Of a stretch of 64,000 nucleotides of DNA, positions 28,663 through 38,660 are shown piece by piece. The first letter of the stretch is position 1. Each line of letters opens with the position of its first letter. The notes under the pieces were generated by a model. It worked only from the letters and a program-made list of their open reading frames with translations, had not been told where the DNA came from and did no database searches. Origin of the DNA: Spirochaetia bacterium (GTDB lineage: Bacteria > Spirochaetota > Spirochaetia > DSM-2461); assembly GCA_963666985.2 (NCBI GenBank), contig CAXXIA010000002.1, forward strand, positions 992,001-1,056,000. The letters are read 5' to 3'. The position numbers were made by a program, and so were the translations under genes.

Positions 28663-28693
28663 CAATACGATTTCAGATACGGTAATCGTATTG
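28663..28693. promoter_or_regulatory. Inverted repeat upstream of mprF
   Basis: CAATACGATT-N11-AATCGTATTG. Confidence 0.45.
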
Positions 28694-28883
28694 TACCGCT
28701 TCGGAAGCGTCTACAAACGAATCCGAGAACATGGAGTAATGATATTTTCATGCCTGAAAAAAACGAACTCGCCGAAATAGTCCGGCTTTATACCGAAGAA
28801 ACCGTAAGAAGGCTTTCCCGGGGATAAAGGAATAAGGGGATTGATAAACACAGAGGCTTTTCTCCGCACATGTGCCTCCCCGG

Positions 28884-29810
28884 TTAATTCGCATCCTTCA
28901 TCATGTTCATAAATTCATAAACCGCGGCCGTTCCCTGAGCTCCGCTTCGCGGCCCCATCTCGGTAATGGAGCGGGCCGCGGCCGCATTGGCAAAAGCCGC
29001 GCATTCCTTTAATGGCCAATCATGCAGCAATCCGTAAACAAACGAGGCATTGAACGTATCACCGGCTCCCGTCGTATCCACAGGCCGAACGGGAAAGGCC
29101 GGAGATTGAATCCTCTCACCGTTTTTCGTGATAATTCCGCAGCCGCGGCTTCCCAGCGTTAAAACGATAAGACATCCGCAATCGGTTAAAACGTCCACGG
29201 AATCCGTACCAAAAGAATTCTTAATATTCTCAACACCGCTTTCATTCAGAAAAAGGACATCCCCCATCTTGAGCAATTCAAAATCCTCTTTATTCGCGGA
29301 GATTGTGCTTCGTTCAACATCATAAATAATGCGCACATTGTTCTTTTTCAAATTCGTTAATAAATCAAAGTGTTCCGAATACCGCTTCAGGTCGGTAACG
29401 GTCGTATAAACGGCCTTCGCGTTCAACAAAGCTTCGGACTGCCGTGCCGAAAGAGGCAAATCTTTCCTGTCGTTTTCAACAACCAGAATCGCTCTTTCAC
29501 CCTGGTGAAGAAGAATGATGCACTTGGCGTCGTTAATCTTTTTATCGATGCCGATCAATTCGGAACCGACACCGGCCTGATTCATGGAAGCAATAATATC
29601 TCTCGAAGTATCGCTGTCGTTTAAATAATCAACAAGCGCCGTCTTCACCCCGTACGATGCGATAATCGCCGCGGCATTCGCAATCATACCGCCCATCATC
29701 TTTCCAAGCGGAGAACACAGAACCTTCCCGCCCATTTCAGGGAAATTCTCAAGCCGATAATATTCATCAATGCACGGCGGTCCGATCATGACGACATCGT
29801 AGGCGTGCAT
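28884..29810 (-). CDS. PfkB/ribokinase-family carbohydrate kinase
   Basis: GGMIANAA, FLNESG, TLGSRG and VDTTGAGDTFNASF motifs; TGATG overlap with the upstream gene. Confidence 0.93.
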   Translation of the reverse strand: MHAYDVVMIGPPCIDEYYRLENFPEMGGKVLCSPLGKMMGGMIANAAAIIASYGVKTALVDYLNDSDTSRDIIASMNQAGVGSELIGIDKKINDAKCIILLHQGERAILVVENDRKDLPLSARQSEALLNAKAVYTTVTDLKRYSEHFDLLTNLKKNNVRIIYDVERSTISANKEDFELLKMGDVLFLNESGVENIKNSFGTDSVDVLTDCGCLIVLTLGSRGCGIITKNGERIQSPAFPVRPVDTTGAGDTFNASFVYGLLHDWPLKECAAFANAAAARSITEMGPRSGAQGTAAVYEFMNMMKDAN

Positions 29811-30823
29811 CAAATCAGTTCCATAATTTTCTCGGAAAGCCCCCGGAGATCAATATCGTTTTCCCTCTCAAGAATTTCCAGATAATCCGGCGGAAACGCA
29901 TCGCTTCCGGCGTACGCGCCCAAAATCCCCCCCACCATGGTTGCGACGGTATCCGTATCGTCTCCGATATTCACACCGCCCAAAATTCCCTCAACGGGAT
30001 TGCCCCGGGAGGCAACGATGATTCCGAATACGGTAGGAATCGACTCGACGGCATACAGTCCCGCCCCGACGACATCCCCAAGCTCTTCAATCGCGGAGGG
30101 AACATCGTTATAGCCCAAAGCAATATCGCCGGCCAAACGGATTCTTTTTTCAATCGACGGGCCCGCGAGAACCTGATAAGAGCGCCCCAGCCGATCCCCT
30201 TCACGGGCCCCATACAAACCCGCGTCAAAAATCTTCAAAACATCGGAATCTTCATGCATGGCCATCGCGGTCGCGGCGGCCACGGCACCGGCTCCCGAAA
30301 GGGAAATATTATTGTCGTGCGTTATGCAGCACAAAGTAACCGCATCCCTGATGGCTTTATCGACATCTCCGCCGCTGAAAAGGGCCATCGGGGAAGCCTT
30401 CATTCCCGCGCCGTTGGTGGCCCTTCCGTTGTTATGAATAAACTGATCCTCAACAACCTCTTTCCCTTCAGGCTCACCTTTCAGCCGCAAAATCCCGGCT
30501 CGGGTTGTCGGCCCGCAGAACCTGTTGTAATCGTCGTTGTCGAACCATTTCAGTAAAGCCCTCTTCGCGATTTCCCCGCTCACCCGGCCATTGTTCAAAA
30601 CAATCTCTTCGCAGGCGTAGTAAGCAAGGCTGAAATCATCGGTTATCTGACCGGCTCTGTTGCCCCCGGCGAACGTATCCCGAGGCGGTTCTCTGAATTC
30701 TCCGACATACCCCCCGAAGTCCCTCCGAATTTCGTCCCTGGTTCGAATCTCGGTAGCCGCCCCCATCGCGTCTCCCGCGGCGGCACCGATCAGACATCCT
30801 AAAACACTGTTTTTCATTCTCAT
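29810..30823 (-). CDS. ADP-ribosylglycohydrolase (DraG/ARH family)
   Basis: GAAAGDAMGA, ITDDFS, GPTT, TNGAGM, ITH and GDDTDTVATMVG motifs; start at 30823 or 30817. Confidence 0.93.
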   Translation of the reverse strand: MRMKNSVLGCLIGAAAGDAMGAATEIRTRDEIRRDFGGYVGEFREPPRDTFAGGNRAGQITDDFSLAYYACEEIVLNNGRVSGEIAKRALLKWFDNDDYNRFCGPTTRAGILRLKGEPEGKEVVEDQFIHNNGRATNGAGMKASPMALFSGGDVDKAIRDAVTLCCITHDNNISLSGAGAVAAATAMAMHEDSDVLKIFDAGLYGAREGDRLGRSYQVLAGPSIEKRIRLAGDIALGYNDVPSAIEELGDVVGAGLYAVESIPTVFGIIVASRGNPVEGILGGVNIGDDTDTVATMVGGILGAYAGSDAFPPDYLEILERENDIDLRGLSEKIMELI

Positions 30824-31041
30824 CTTCCTGTTTTTCTTTTTGAGGGATGATCCCCGCACCGGTCGCCGGATTTATGGATTGACCTTTTCGGCGCCGGGAT
30901 TCCACTCTCGGTTGAGAACTCCGCCCTTATTCATCCGGGAAGAAAAAGATTCTTTTTCTCAACTGGGACAATTCCATAATTCATGAAATCGCCTCAACCC
31001 GATAGCCGAAACCCCTCGGAACTCGCTTGAAAAGGGCTTTG

Positions 31042-31066
31042 TTTCAAAAATCGCCGATTTTTGAAA
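31042..31066. repeat. Perfect 12-bp dyad in the divergent ARH/GH36 intergenic region
   Basis: TTTCAAAAATCG-C-CGATTTTTGAAA. Confidence 0.7.
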
Positions 31067-31153
31067 TCACCTCAACTGTGAACAAAACGTATTCTACACT
31101 TTTCTGTTGCCTCGGGAAGTCAATCAAGACTACAACTGATAAAGAAGAACTCT

Positions 31154-33178
31154 ATGAAAAGAAAGCAAAAGACTCCGCATATCCGATGGAACCGAATTGG
31201 AACAAATCCGAGACTGCAGCTCAAATTCGGAATCAACAGACAAACCTTTCAGCTGAAGCAGATTCCGTCCGAGAAACAAGAATCAATAACATACGCGAAT
31301 GAATACGTTCGTCTTGAAGGGCGCTGGAAAGACATTCCCGGTTTTGGAAACCGTCTTTCCTTTTCCCTCAAGAATATAACCGATGAATCCATCAGAATTA
31401 CACGCCTTATATTCCCCGCCGAAAACGGAATCGACAGCTATGTTTCCTCATTCGATACCCGCAGTCTTTCGTTTTTACGCAACGGATATCAAAGCTGGTC
31501 AACGGCCCGAAGCTATCTGCCGAACGATAAACCCTTGCGCCCCTGGCTGCAGCTTGTCAGTCTGGCGAGCAGCAATACGGCCAATCTTCCCTCCAACATA
31601 CCGGGAGTCTTCAGTTCCGAAATGTATACGGTGGTGAGCGACCGGTCCGACGGCCGCAGCTTCCTCGTCGGCCAAGGACCTCCGTTTAATCAATTTTTCT
31701 ATATCAGACTCAATCTCTACGACAATCCGAATCGGCGCAGCCATTTTGAACTTACCTTCGATTTCGGCAGAAAACTGATATCCCCGGGTGAATCGATCGA
31801 GCTGGATTCAATCTACGTGGCTCTGGGCGGGGCGCAGGAACTGCAGCATGCCTACTTCAGGGAAGTCGGCAAAAAAGCGGGCGTTCGCCTCCGCAGCGAA
31901 AACGTCCGAGGATGGTGCAGCTGGTACTTCGCTTACAATAAAATTTCACCCTCACTCATCAGGGAAAACATCAAAGCTCTTGTCGAAGCTCGTGAAAAAT
32001 CAAACACCCAAATCGATTTCATCCAAATCGACGACGGATACCAAACCGCGGTAGGAGACTGGCTGAACCTTACTCCTGAATTCGAGGGTCAAATGAAAAT
32101 GCTTGCCGACGAAATTCGGACGGCGGGATTCAAACCGGGCCTTTGGATTGCGCCTTTCGTTGCGGCCGGCAAATCTCGGGTACTGTCGATTCATCCCGAA
32201 TACGCCCTTCGTGATGAACATGGAAAAAAAATCGCCGCCGGTTTTAATTTCTTCTGGCCAGGCCGTTATTATTACGGCCTTGATATCACCAATCCGCGAT
32301 TCGAAGAATATCTTCGCAAAGTTATCCGGACGATTGTCGGCGAATGGGGTTTTCCCTATCTCAAATGCGATTTCCTCTTCGGCGGCTGTCTCCGCGGGGG
32401 AACTCATCATGAACTGAAACTTTCCCGGGCCGAGGTGCTCAGAAAGGGAATGCGGATTATCAGAGAAGAATCCGAAAAAGCGACACGGGACGATACTTTC
32501 ATCGTCGGCTGCGGAATGCCTCTTTCCGCAGGCATCGGAACGGTGGATGCCATGCGTATCGGTCCGGATACGGGAGACTACTGGATTCATAAGCAGGGCA
32601 AGCTGCTGCGTACCGGCGCCATGGTGGGTGTTCGCAACAGCATCCGCAACAGCTTCGTCCGCGGAGCGATGCATAATACTCTCTGGCTCAACGATCCGGA
32701 CTGTCTCATGCTGCGCAAAGAAGGAACACGGCTGAGCGCCGCGCAGCGGAGAACCCAAATAAACGCCATCCTACTCACCGGCGGTATTCTGCTTTATTCG
32801 GACGATTTCGGCAAACTTGATCCTTCGATCGTCCGGGAACTTCCCGCGATTCAATCGATTTCCGACGCCTGTTTCGGCGGGAGGCTGATCGTTTTGGATC
32901 TCATGGACCGGGAATTGCCGCAAATCGCTCTGAACACGGCCGGATACCTCGGCGTCTTTAATATGCACGCCGCGCATGCCGACATCACCATTCCCATACA
33001 TAGACTCTTCTCTTCCGCCCAGTCCGTCACCGCCGAATGGAAGCAAAAATGGCGCAATCCGCGATCACTCCGTGAAGTGTGGAACGGTGAGGGAATAATG
33101 ATAAAAAGCTCGGAAATTAATTTCGGAACGCTCGGCCCTTATGAGTCGAGGCTGTATAAACTTGAAGAAACGCCGTAA
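31154..33178 (+). CDS. Alpha-galactosidase, GH36
   Basis: NGYQSWS, GWCSWY, QIDDGYQ, PGLWIAPF, YLKCDF (nucleophile), MRIGPD (acid/base) and NDPDCLM motifs. Confidence 0.92.
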   Translation: MKRKQKTPHIRWNRIGTNPRLQLKFGINRQTFQLKQIPSEKQESITYANEYVRLEGRWKDIPGFGNRLSFSLKNITDESIRITRLIFPAENGIDSYVSSFDTRSLSFLRNGYQSWSTARSYLPNDKPLRPWLQLVSLASSNTANLPSNIPGVFSSEMYTVVSDRSDGRSFLVGQGPPFNQFFYIRLNLYDNPNRRSHFELTFDFGRKLISPGESIELDSIYVALGGAQELQHAYFREVGKKAGVRLRSENVRGWCSWYFAYNKISPSLIRENIKALVEAREKSNTQIDFIQIDDGYQTAVGDWLNLTPEFEGQMKMLADEIRTAGFKPGLWIAPFVAAGKSRVLSIHPEYALRDEHGKKIAAGFNFFWPGRYYYGLDITNPRFEEYLRKVIRTIVGEWGFPYLKCDFLFGGCLRGGTHHELKLSRAEVLRKGMRIIREESEKATRDDTFIVGCGMPLSAGIGTVDAMRIGPDTGDYWIHKQGKLLRTGAMVGVRNSIRNSFVRGAMHNTLWLNDPDCLMLRKEGTRLSAAQRRTQINAILLTGGILLYSDDFGKLDPSIVRELPAIQSISDACFGGRLIVLDLMDRELPQIALNTAGYLGVFNMHAAHADITIPIHRLFSSAQSVTAEWKQKWRNPRSLREVWNGEGIMIKSSEINFGTLGPYESRLYKLEETP

Positions 33179-33198
33179 GAGGCGCACAATACTGAAAA

Positions 33199-34122
33199 AT
33201 GAAACATCTCTTCGGTCCGGTTCCCTCAAGAAGACTGGGACGCTCTCTCGGAATTGATTTGGTTCCCTATAAGGTTTGTTCCTTCGACTGTATCTACTGC
33301 CAGCTGGGAAGAACAACGGAAAAAACCATAAAAAGAAAGACTTATGTTAACGCCGAAGAGATTCTCCGAGAGCTGGAAGACAAACTGAGAACCGATGAGG
33401 GAATCGATTATCTGACACTCTCCGGATCGGGTGAGCCCACCTTGTGTTCCGAAACCGGAAGAATCATCAAAGAAATAAAGAACATAACGGATCTTCCTGT
33501 AGCGGTCCTTACAAACGGTTCCCTGCTGTGGCGCGAAGAGGTGTGCGCCGGGATTGAAGAAGCGGATCTGATTATTCCCTCGCTCGACGCCGGAGACGAA
33601 GCTTCTTTTCAAATCGTCAACAGACCGTGCAAAGAATTGCGGTTTGATAAAGTCGTTGACGGACTGATTCAATTTTCAAAGAAGAATCCCGGGAAGATTC
33701 GGCTTGAAATCTTCCTTTTGGACGGGATCACTTCATCCGTTTCCGAAGTTGAAAAAATAAGCAAAATCGCGGAAAGAATAAACCCGTCCAAAATCCAGCT
33801 GAATACGGTAAAACGGCCTCCCGCCGAATCCTCCGCACTCCCCATACCGGAACTTAAAATGAAGGAACTCTCCGAATGCTTCACACTGCCGACGGAAATC
33901 ATCGCGGACTATAAAAGTCCCGTAAACGACAATTTTTTCTCGGCCGGCAAAAATGACATAATCAGTCTCCTGGAACGCCGGCCCTGCAGCCTTAACGACA
34001 TCTCCGACGGATTGGGACTGCATAAAAATGAAATCCTGAAATACACGGAAGAACTGGTGAAACAAGGCTTCATAACAACAAACACACAGAACGGCATTCT
34101 CTTTTATTCAAAAATGAAGTGA
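33199..34122 (+). CDS. Radical SAM Fe-S oxidoreductase (uncharacterised, TYW1-related family) with C-terminal wHTH
   Basis: FGPVPSRRLGRSLGIDL, CSFDCIYC, SGSGEPTL, LTNGSLL, SLDA and RPPAE motifs. Confidence 0.9.
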   Translation: MKHLFGPVPSRRLGRSLGIDLVPYKVCSFDCIYCQLGRTTEKTIKRKTYVNAEEILRELEDKLRTDEGIDYLTLSGSGEPTLCSETGRIIKEIKNITDLPVAVLTNGSLLWREEVCAGIEEADLIIPSLDAGDEASFQIVNRPCKELRFDKVVDGLIQFSKKNPGKIRLEIFLLDGITSSVSEVEKISKIAERINPSKIQLNTVKRPPAESSALPIPELKMKELSECFTLPTEIIADYKSPVNDNFFSAGKNDIISLLERRPCSLNDISDGLGLHKNEILKYTEELVKQGFITTNTQNGILFYSKMK

Positions 34123-34292
34123 ATGGAATCATCGTTCTTACGATTCGGCCGCCGCGGCACGAAGAAAGAAAATTCCTGCTCATGAAAACCGCTTTCCGAC
34201 AATGATTCCTTGAGCCTATGTTACTTATAACTAATATTATTTATTCACACAAATATTAATGTATGATAAATATTGAACCAAGGAGAACTGTC

Positions 34293-34643
34293 ATGACGAA
34301 AGAACTGCTGGTAACGGCAACAGCCTTCGGACTTTTTGTGGTATGCCCCAGAATGGCCGGAATGACCCATATACTCAAAACACATTCAAGCGTCCCCATC
34401 CTCTCAACGGTCTTGTTGGGAGTTCTGATTTCCATTCCCCTTCTCTTGCTGATGGTTTTTGTCTTTTCCAAAGCCGGTATCTGGGGTGCTCTGGCGGTTT
34501 GTGTCGCAACCGATTTGGGAGCGGCCTTATTAATGAAGGAAATCAGCTTTAAAGCGGGTATCGAGACTTTAATCATCGCGATTTTCGTTATTATCGGTGT
34601 TAAAATCGCCCCTCTGATTTCCGGGCTTTTTCACGGGAAATAA
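34293..34643 (+). CDS. Small hypothetical 4-TM membrane protein
   Basis: AAGGAG RBS before ATG 34293; hydrophobic ORF containing CPRMAGM. Confidence 0.7.
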   Translation: MTKELLVTATAFGLFVVCPRMAGMTHILKTHSSVPILSTVLLGVLISIPLLLLMVFVFSKAGIWGALAVCVATDLGAALLMKEISFKAGIETLIIAIFVIIGVKIAPLISGLFHGK

Positions 34644-34778
34644 ACCGGCCTCCGCGTTTCCCGCACGAATCGCGGCATGCCGACTCATCCGTTTACATGC
34701 CGCTCCGGAGAGAATACAATTCCCTGGTGTTTTCCCAAGGGTAAGAACCCAATATTTTCAGTTATCAAGGATTGAACT

Positions 34779-35585
34779 ATGAAGAAGATTCTGTTCTCAG
34801 CGACTCTGCTGCTTTCGGTTCTCGCTTTCGCCTCCGCTTCCGGGAATAAAGAATCCGCCGGAGATGATTCTCTGAGCTTCATTCAAGACAAAGGGACCTT
34901 CGTTCTCGGTTTGGACGACAGTTTTCCTCCCATGGGTTTCCGGGATTCGAACGGTGAAATCGCCGGATTCGATATCGACCTGGCCGCCGAAGTCTGCAAG
35001 CGAATGGGCGTCGAGCTTGTTCTGCAGCCCATCGACTGGGATTCCAAAATTTTGGATCTCAACAGCGGAGACATCGACGTTATCTGGAACGGCCTCACCA
35101 TCACCGATGAACGCAAGGAAAAAATCAGCTTTTCAAAGCCTTACCTCGCCAACCGGCAAATCGTTATCGTTAAGGCCGGTTCGGGCATCAACCGCAAAGC
35201 GGATCTGGCGGGGAAGAAAGTCGGCCTCCAGATGGGAAGCAGCGCCAACGACGCCGTTGAGTCCGATCCGGAAACTCTGGCGACCTTCGCCGAACTGGTT
35301 CTCTTCCAGGACAACGTACAGGCTCTGATGGACCTGGAAATCGGCCGCATCGACGCCGTGGTGGCGGATGAGATTCTCGGCCGTTACTACATCAGCCAAA
35401 AGGCGGGAGTCTTCTCGGTCGCCGCCGACAATTTCGGCGAGGAGCAGTACGGAATCGGTTTCCGCAAAAACGATACGTCCTTCGTCGCCGAAGTCGATCG
35501 TATCCTGGATGAAATGGACGCCGACGGCACCGCCGCGAAAATCTCCAGGAAGTGGTTCGGAGAAGACGTTCTTCTCGATCGTTAG
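34779..35585 (+). CDS. Polar amino-acid ABC substrate-binding protein
   Basis: GLDDSFPPMGF, GFDIDLA, IDVIWNGLTITDER and GRIDAVVADE motifs. Confidence 0.95.
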   Translation: MKKILFSATLLLSVLAFASASGNKESAGDDSLSFIQDKGTFVLGLDDSFPPMGFRDSNGEIAGFDIDLAAEVCKRMGVELVLQPIDWDSKILDLNSGDIDVIWNGLTITDERKEKISFSKPYLANRQIVIVKAGSGINRKADLAGKKVGLQMGSSANDAVESDPETLATFAELVLFQDNVQALMDLEIGRIDAVVADEILGRYYISQKAGVFSVAADNFGEEQYGIGFRKNDTSFVAEVDRILDEMDADGTAAKISRKWFGEDVLLDR

Positions 35586-35600
35586 TCCTTTTCGCGACTG

Positions 35601-36248
35601 ATGACATACTTGATTGATACGGCGCTGTTCATCCTTCAGGGGTGCGGCGTTACTCTGAATCTTTTCGCCATTACCCTGGCGGGCTCGCTCCCGCTGGGGT
35701 TTGTATGCGCCATGGTAAAAACATCCGGCTGGAAGCCATTCCGCATTATAATGGAAGCCTACACATCCATCGCCCGAGGCACGCCGCTGCTCCTGCAGCT
35801 TTTTTTCGTTTACTACGGACTTCCCATTATTTTTCCGGGATTTCGGCTGGAACGATTCACGGCCGCGGCCGTTACGTTCATCCTGAACTACGGAGCCTAC
35901 TTCACCGAAATCTTCCGGGGCGGCATCCAGTCCATTGCTCGGGGACAGTACGAAGCGGCGCGGGTTCTGGGGATGTCTTACCCGAAAACCATGCTGCGCA
36001 TCATTCTGCCGCAAACCCTCAAAAGAGTTCTGCCGCCGGTGGCCAACGAGTCCATCACACTCGTGAAAGACACGGCCCTCGTCGTGGTTCTCGGTATCGG
36101 GGAAATCCTGCGGAATTCCAAGCAGGTCGTTTCCCGGGACTTTACCGTTACGCCGTTCGTTCTGGCCGCGGGAATCTATCTAATTCTTAATTACGCCCTG
36201 GTCCTCTTCTTCCGGAGGATAGAGAAGAGGTACTCGGTTTATGAATGA
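35601..36248 (+). CDS. Polar amino-acid ABC permease
   Basis: [27 protein letters not shown] and LVKDTAL motifs. Confidence 0.95.
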   Translation: MTYLIDTALFILQGCGVTLNLFAITLAGSLPLGFVCAMVKTSGWKPFRIIMEAYTSIARGTPLLLQLFFVYYGLPIIFPGFRLERFTAAAVTFILNYGAYFTEIFRGGIQSIARGQYEAARVLGMSYPKTMLRIILPQTLKRVLPPVANESITLVKDTALVVVLGIGEILRNSKQVVSRDFTVTPFVLAAGIYLILNYALVLFFRRIEKRYSVYE

Positions 36249-36999
36249 TTCCGATATCATGCTTTCCGTGAAAGGACTCAGAAAATCCTTCGGCCATCTT
36301 GAAGTTCTTAAAGGGATTGATCTCCAGGTGGGCCGCGGGGAAATCCTTTCGGTCATCGGTCCTTCGGGATCGGGAAAGAGCACCTTGCTTCGAAGTCTTA
36401 TTGCTCTTGAAAAAGTCGACGACGGAGACATCGTCATCGAAGGCCGGCCCATCGCTCTGAGCGGTCATGACCATATCAGCGATGCGAAAATTCGGGAACG
36501 GTGCCGAAAACTCGGCATGGTGTTCCAGAACTTCAACCTTTTTCCCCACAAAACGGCCTTGGGAAATGTTATCGAAGGTCTTGTGGCGGTGCTGAAAACA
36601 GATAAGGAAACCGCCGTCGCGAAAGGCGAGAAACTCCTGGCCAAGGTGGGGCTCTCGGATAAACGGGACGTCTATCCCTGTTATCTTTCCGGCGGTCAGC
36701 GGCAGCGGGTGGCCATCGCCCGGGCCCTGGCCATGGATCCGGACGTAATGCTCTTCGACGAGCCTACGAGCGCCCTGGACCCGGAACTCATCGGCGAGGT
36801 GCTGGCGGTTATCAAGGAACTCGCCGCTGAAAAAATGACCATGATTGTCGTTACCCATGAAATGGGCTTTGCCCGGGAAGTTTCCGATCGGGTTATCTTC
36901 ATGGACGGCGGTCTCATTCTGGAAGAAGCGGCGCCGGAGAAACTCTTTTCCAATCCCGATCATCAGAGGATTCGCGCTTTTTTAGACAAGATGCTCTGA
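36241..36999 (+). CDS. Polar amino-acid ABC ATP-binding protein (GlnQ type)
   Basis: [45 protein letters not shown] and VTHEMGFA motifs. Confidence 0.96.
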   Translation: MNDSDIMLSVKGLRKSFGHLEVLKGIDLQVGRGEILSVIGPSGSGKSTLLRSLIALEKVDDGDIVIEGRPIALSGHDHISDAKIRERCRKLGMVFQNFNLFPHKTALGNVIEGLVAVLKTDKETAVAKGEKLLAKVGLSDKRDVYPCYLSGGQRQRVAIARALAMDPDVMLFDEPTSALDPELIGEVLAVIKELAAEKMTMIVVTHEMGFAREVSDRVIFMDGGLILEEAAPEKLFSNPDHQRIRAFLDKML

Positions 37000-37213
37000 T
37001 AAGTCGGTTCCGGAATCATTTCCTTTCCGCCGCAAACGCCCCCCGCCGATCCTGTAGAAAAAATGAAATCTTCCGTGTATGATCATAACGTCGGCACCTC
37101 CGAAATCATTAAGGAGGTGTCCATTATTTGAAAAGCAAATCCATTTAATATGGAAAAAAACGTGGTAAGTTTATTCCGGCCCGCCACAATAAGAGGCAAA
37201 TTAGGATAGGCCG

Positions 37214-37642
37214 ATGAAGCTGTCCCGCAAATGTGAATATGCCCTTCTCGCCCTGATTGACATCGGCCTCAATGGAAAAACAAATCCTGTGAAGATTGGA
37301 GATATCTGTGAGCGCAAGGATATCCCTAAAAAATTTCTGGAACAGATTCTTCTCATTCTTAAAGGATCGGGTTATGTGAAAAGCCGAAGGGGATCGGAAG
37401 GAGGTTATATGTTGGCTAAACCCTCGTCGGAAATCTCCTTAGCCGAGGTGGTTCGGCTTTTCGATGGTGCCCTGGCCCCCGTCGAATCGGTAAGTTCCTA
37501 TTTCTTTGAACACACCCCCGTAGAAAAAAGTCCGGCTCTCCTCTCCCTGTTCCAAGAAATCAGAGATTACATCTCCACTCTGATGGAAACCACCACCCTG
37601 GCTGATATTCTCTGCAGAGAGAAGGAAGTGGATTGCTCTTGA
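37214..37642 (+). CDS. Rrf2-family regulator (CymR-like, lacks the three-Cys Fe-S motif)
   Basis: EYALLAL, IPKKFLEQIL..LK..G.V.SRRG..GGY.LAKP..EISLAEVVR..DG motifs. Confidence 0.93.
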   Translation: MKLSRKCEYALLALIDIGLNGKTNPVKIGDICERKDIPKKFLEQILLILKGSGYVKSRRGSEGGYMLAKPSSEISLAEVVRLFDGALAPVESVSSYFFEHTPVEKSPALLSLFQEIRDYISTLMETTTLADILCREKEVDCS

Positions 37643-37657
37643 GTTTTTTTCATCCGT

Positions 37658-37687
37658 TGTCTACCTTATCGGTATAGATAGTAGACA
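37658..37687. promoter_or_regulatory. Dyad just before the pstS-like RBS, candidate Rrf2 operator
   Basis: TGTCTAC-CT-TATC-GGTATA-GATA-GTAGACA. Confidence 0.5.
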
Positions 37688-37700
37688 TAGGAGCGTATAA

Positions 37701-38660
37701 ATGAAGAAAACACATACGACCGCAGTGATGTTGGCATTAATGCTGACGGCGGTCGTTCTTACAGCTTCCTGCAGCGGTGATCGTTCGTCCGAAAACAGCG
37801 GAACGAAAAAACAGGATTCCCTCAGCATCTCCGGAGCATTCGCTCTGTATCCCATGGTTGTTCTTTGGGCTGAAGAATATAAAAAGGAGAATCCCGACAT
37901 CCGTATCGATATTACCGCCGGAGGCGCCGGAAAAGGTATGGCCGATACTCTTGCCAAAGCCGTGGACTTCGGAATGGTATCTCGCGGCATTTACCCGGAA
38001 GAATCGGAACAAGGCGCCACCGCCTTCCCGGTGGCTCGGGACGCCGTGGTGGGCACCATAAACGCCAACCATCCCCTGGCCGAGGAGATTACTCGGAACG
38101 GTATGACTCGGGATGACTTATCCTCTTTATTCTTAGGTACCGGTAAAGGACGATATCCCCTTTCCTCTTTCACCGTCTACACCCGAAGCGATTCCTCAGG
38201 AGCGGCTCAAATGTGGGCGGAATACCTTGGAGCGGCATCCCAAGACGAAATTATCGGAACCGGAGTATCCGGAGATCCGGGGCTCCTCGAAGCTGTACGG
38301 CAGGATAGAACGGGCATAGGCTTCAACAATATCGGCTATGCCTATTCCCATGAAACCGGCAGGCCTTATGACGGGATTATGGTAATTCCGCTCGACCTTG
38401 ACTCCAGCCGAATGCTGGAAACCTCCGAACGGTTTTATTCCAGCCTCTCCGATATCGCCCGGGCCGTGAAAGAAGGAGTTTATCCTGCACCACCCGCCAG
38501 AGATCTCTATCTGGTTACCAAGGGAATACCTTCCGATGGAACCGTCAGAGACTTCCTGGAATGGGTCCTTACAGACGGCCAAGCCTTTGTCGAAAATGCC
38601 GGGTACATTCCGGTCGCTTCCGACCAGATTGAGTCGGCGCTTGGAAAGCTCGGCCGGTGA
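37701..38660 (+). CDS. pstS: PstS-family oxyanion-binding lipoprotein (substrate uncertain)
   Basis: LTAS-C lipobox; ISGAFALYP, GGAGKG, DFGMVSR, YTRSDSSG, YP...RDLYL and FLEWVL..GQ motifs. Confidence 0.85.
   Translation: MKKTHTTAVMLALMLTAVVLTASCSGDRSSENSGTKKQDSLSISGAFALYPMVVLWAEEYKKENPDIRIDITAGGAGKGMADTLAKAVDFGMVSRGIYPEESEQGATAFPVARDAVVGTINANHPLAEEITRNGMTRDDLSSLFLGTGKGRYPLSSFTVYTRSDSSGAAQMWAEYLGAASQDEIIGTGVSGDPGLLEAVRQDRTGIGFNNIGYAYSHETGRPYDGIMVIPLDLDSSRMLETSERFYSSLSDIARAVKEGVYPAPPARDLYLVTKGIPSDGTVRDFLEWVLTDGQAFVENAGYIPVASDQIESALGKLGR

Noticed and set aside
34232..34258. TAATATT-N13-AATATTA dyad as a NikR or Fur site
   Set aside because: Very AT-rich, spacing does not fit well, and likely to arise by chance.
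37093..37150. Hairpin containing a perfect SD (AAGGAGGTG) before a 6-codon TTG mini-ORF upstream of rrf2
   Set aside because: The peptide has no Cys or other regulatory codons and there is no terminator; not enough to call a leader peptide.
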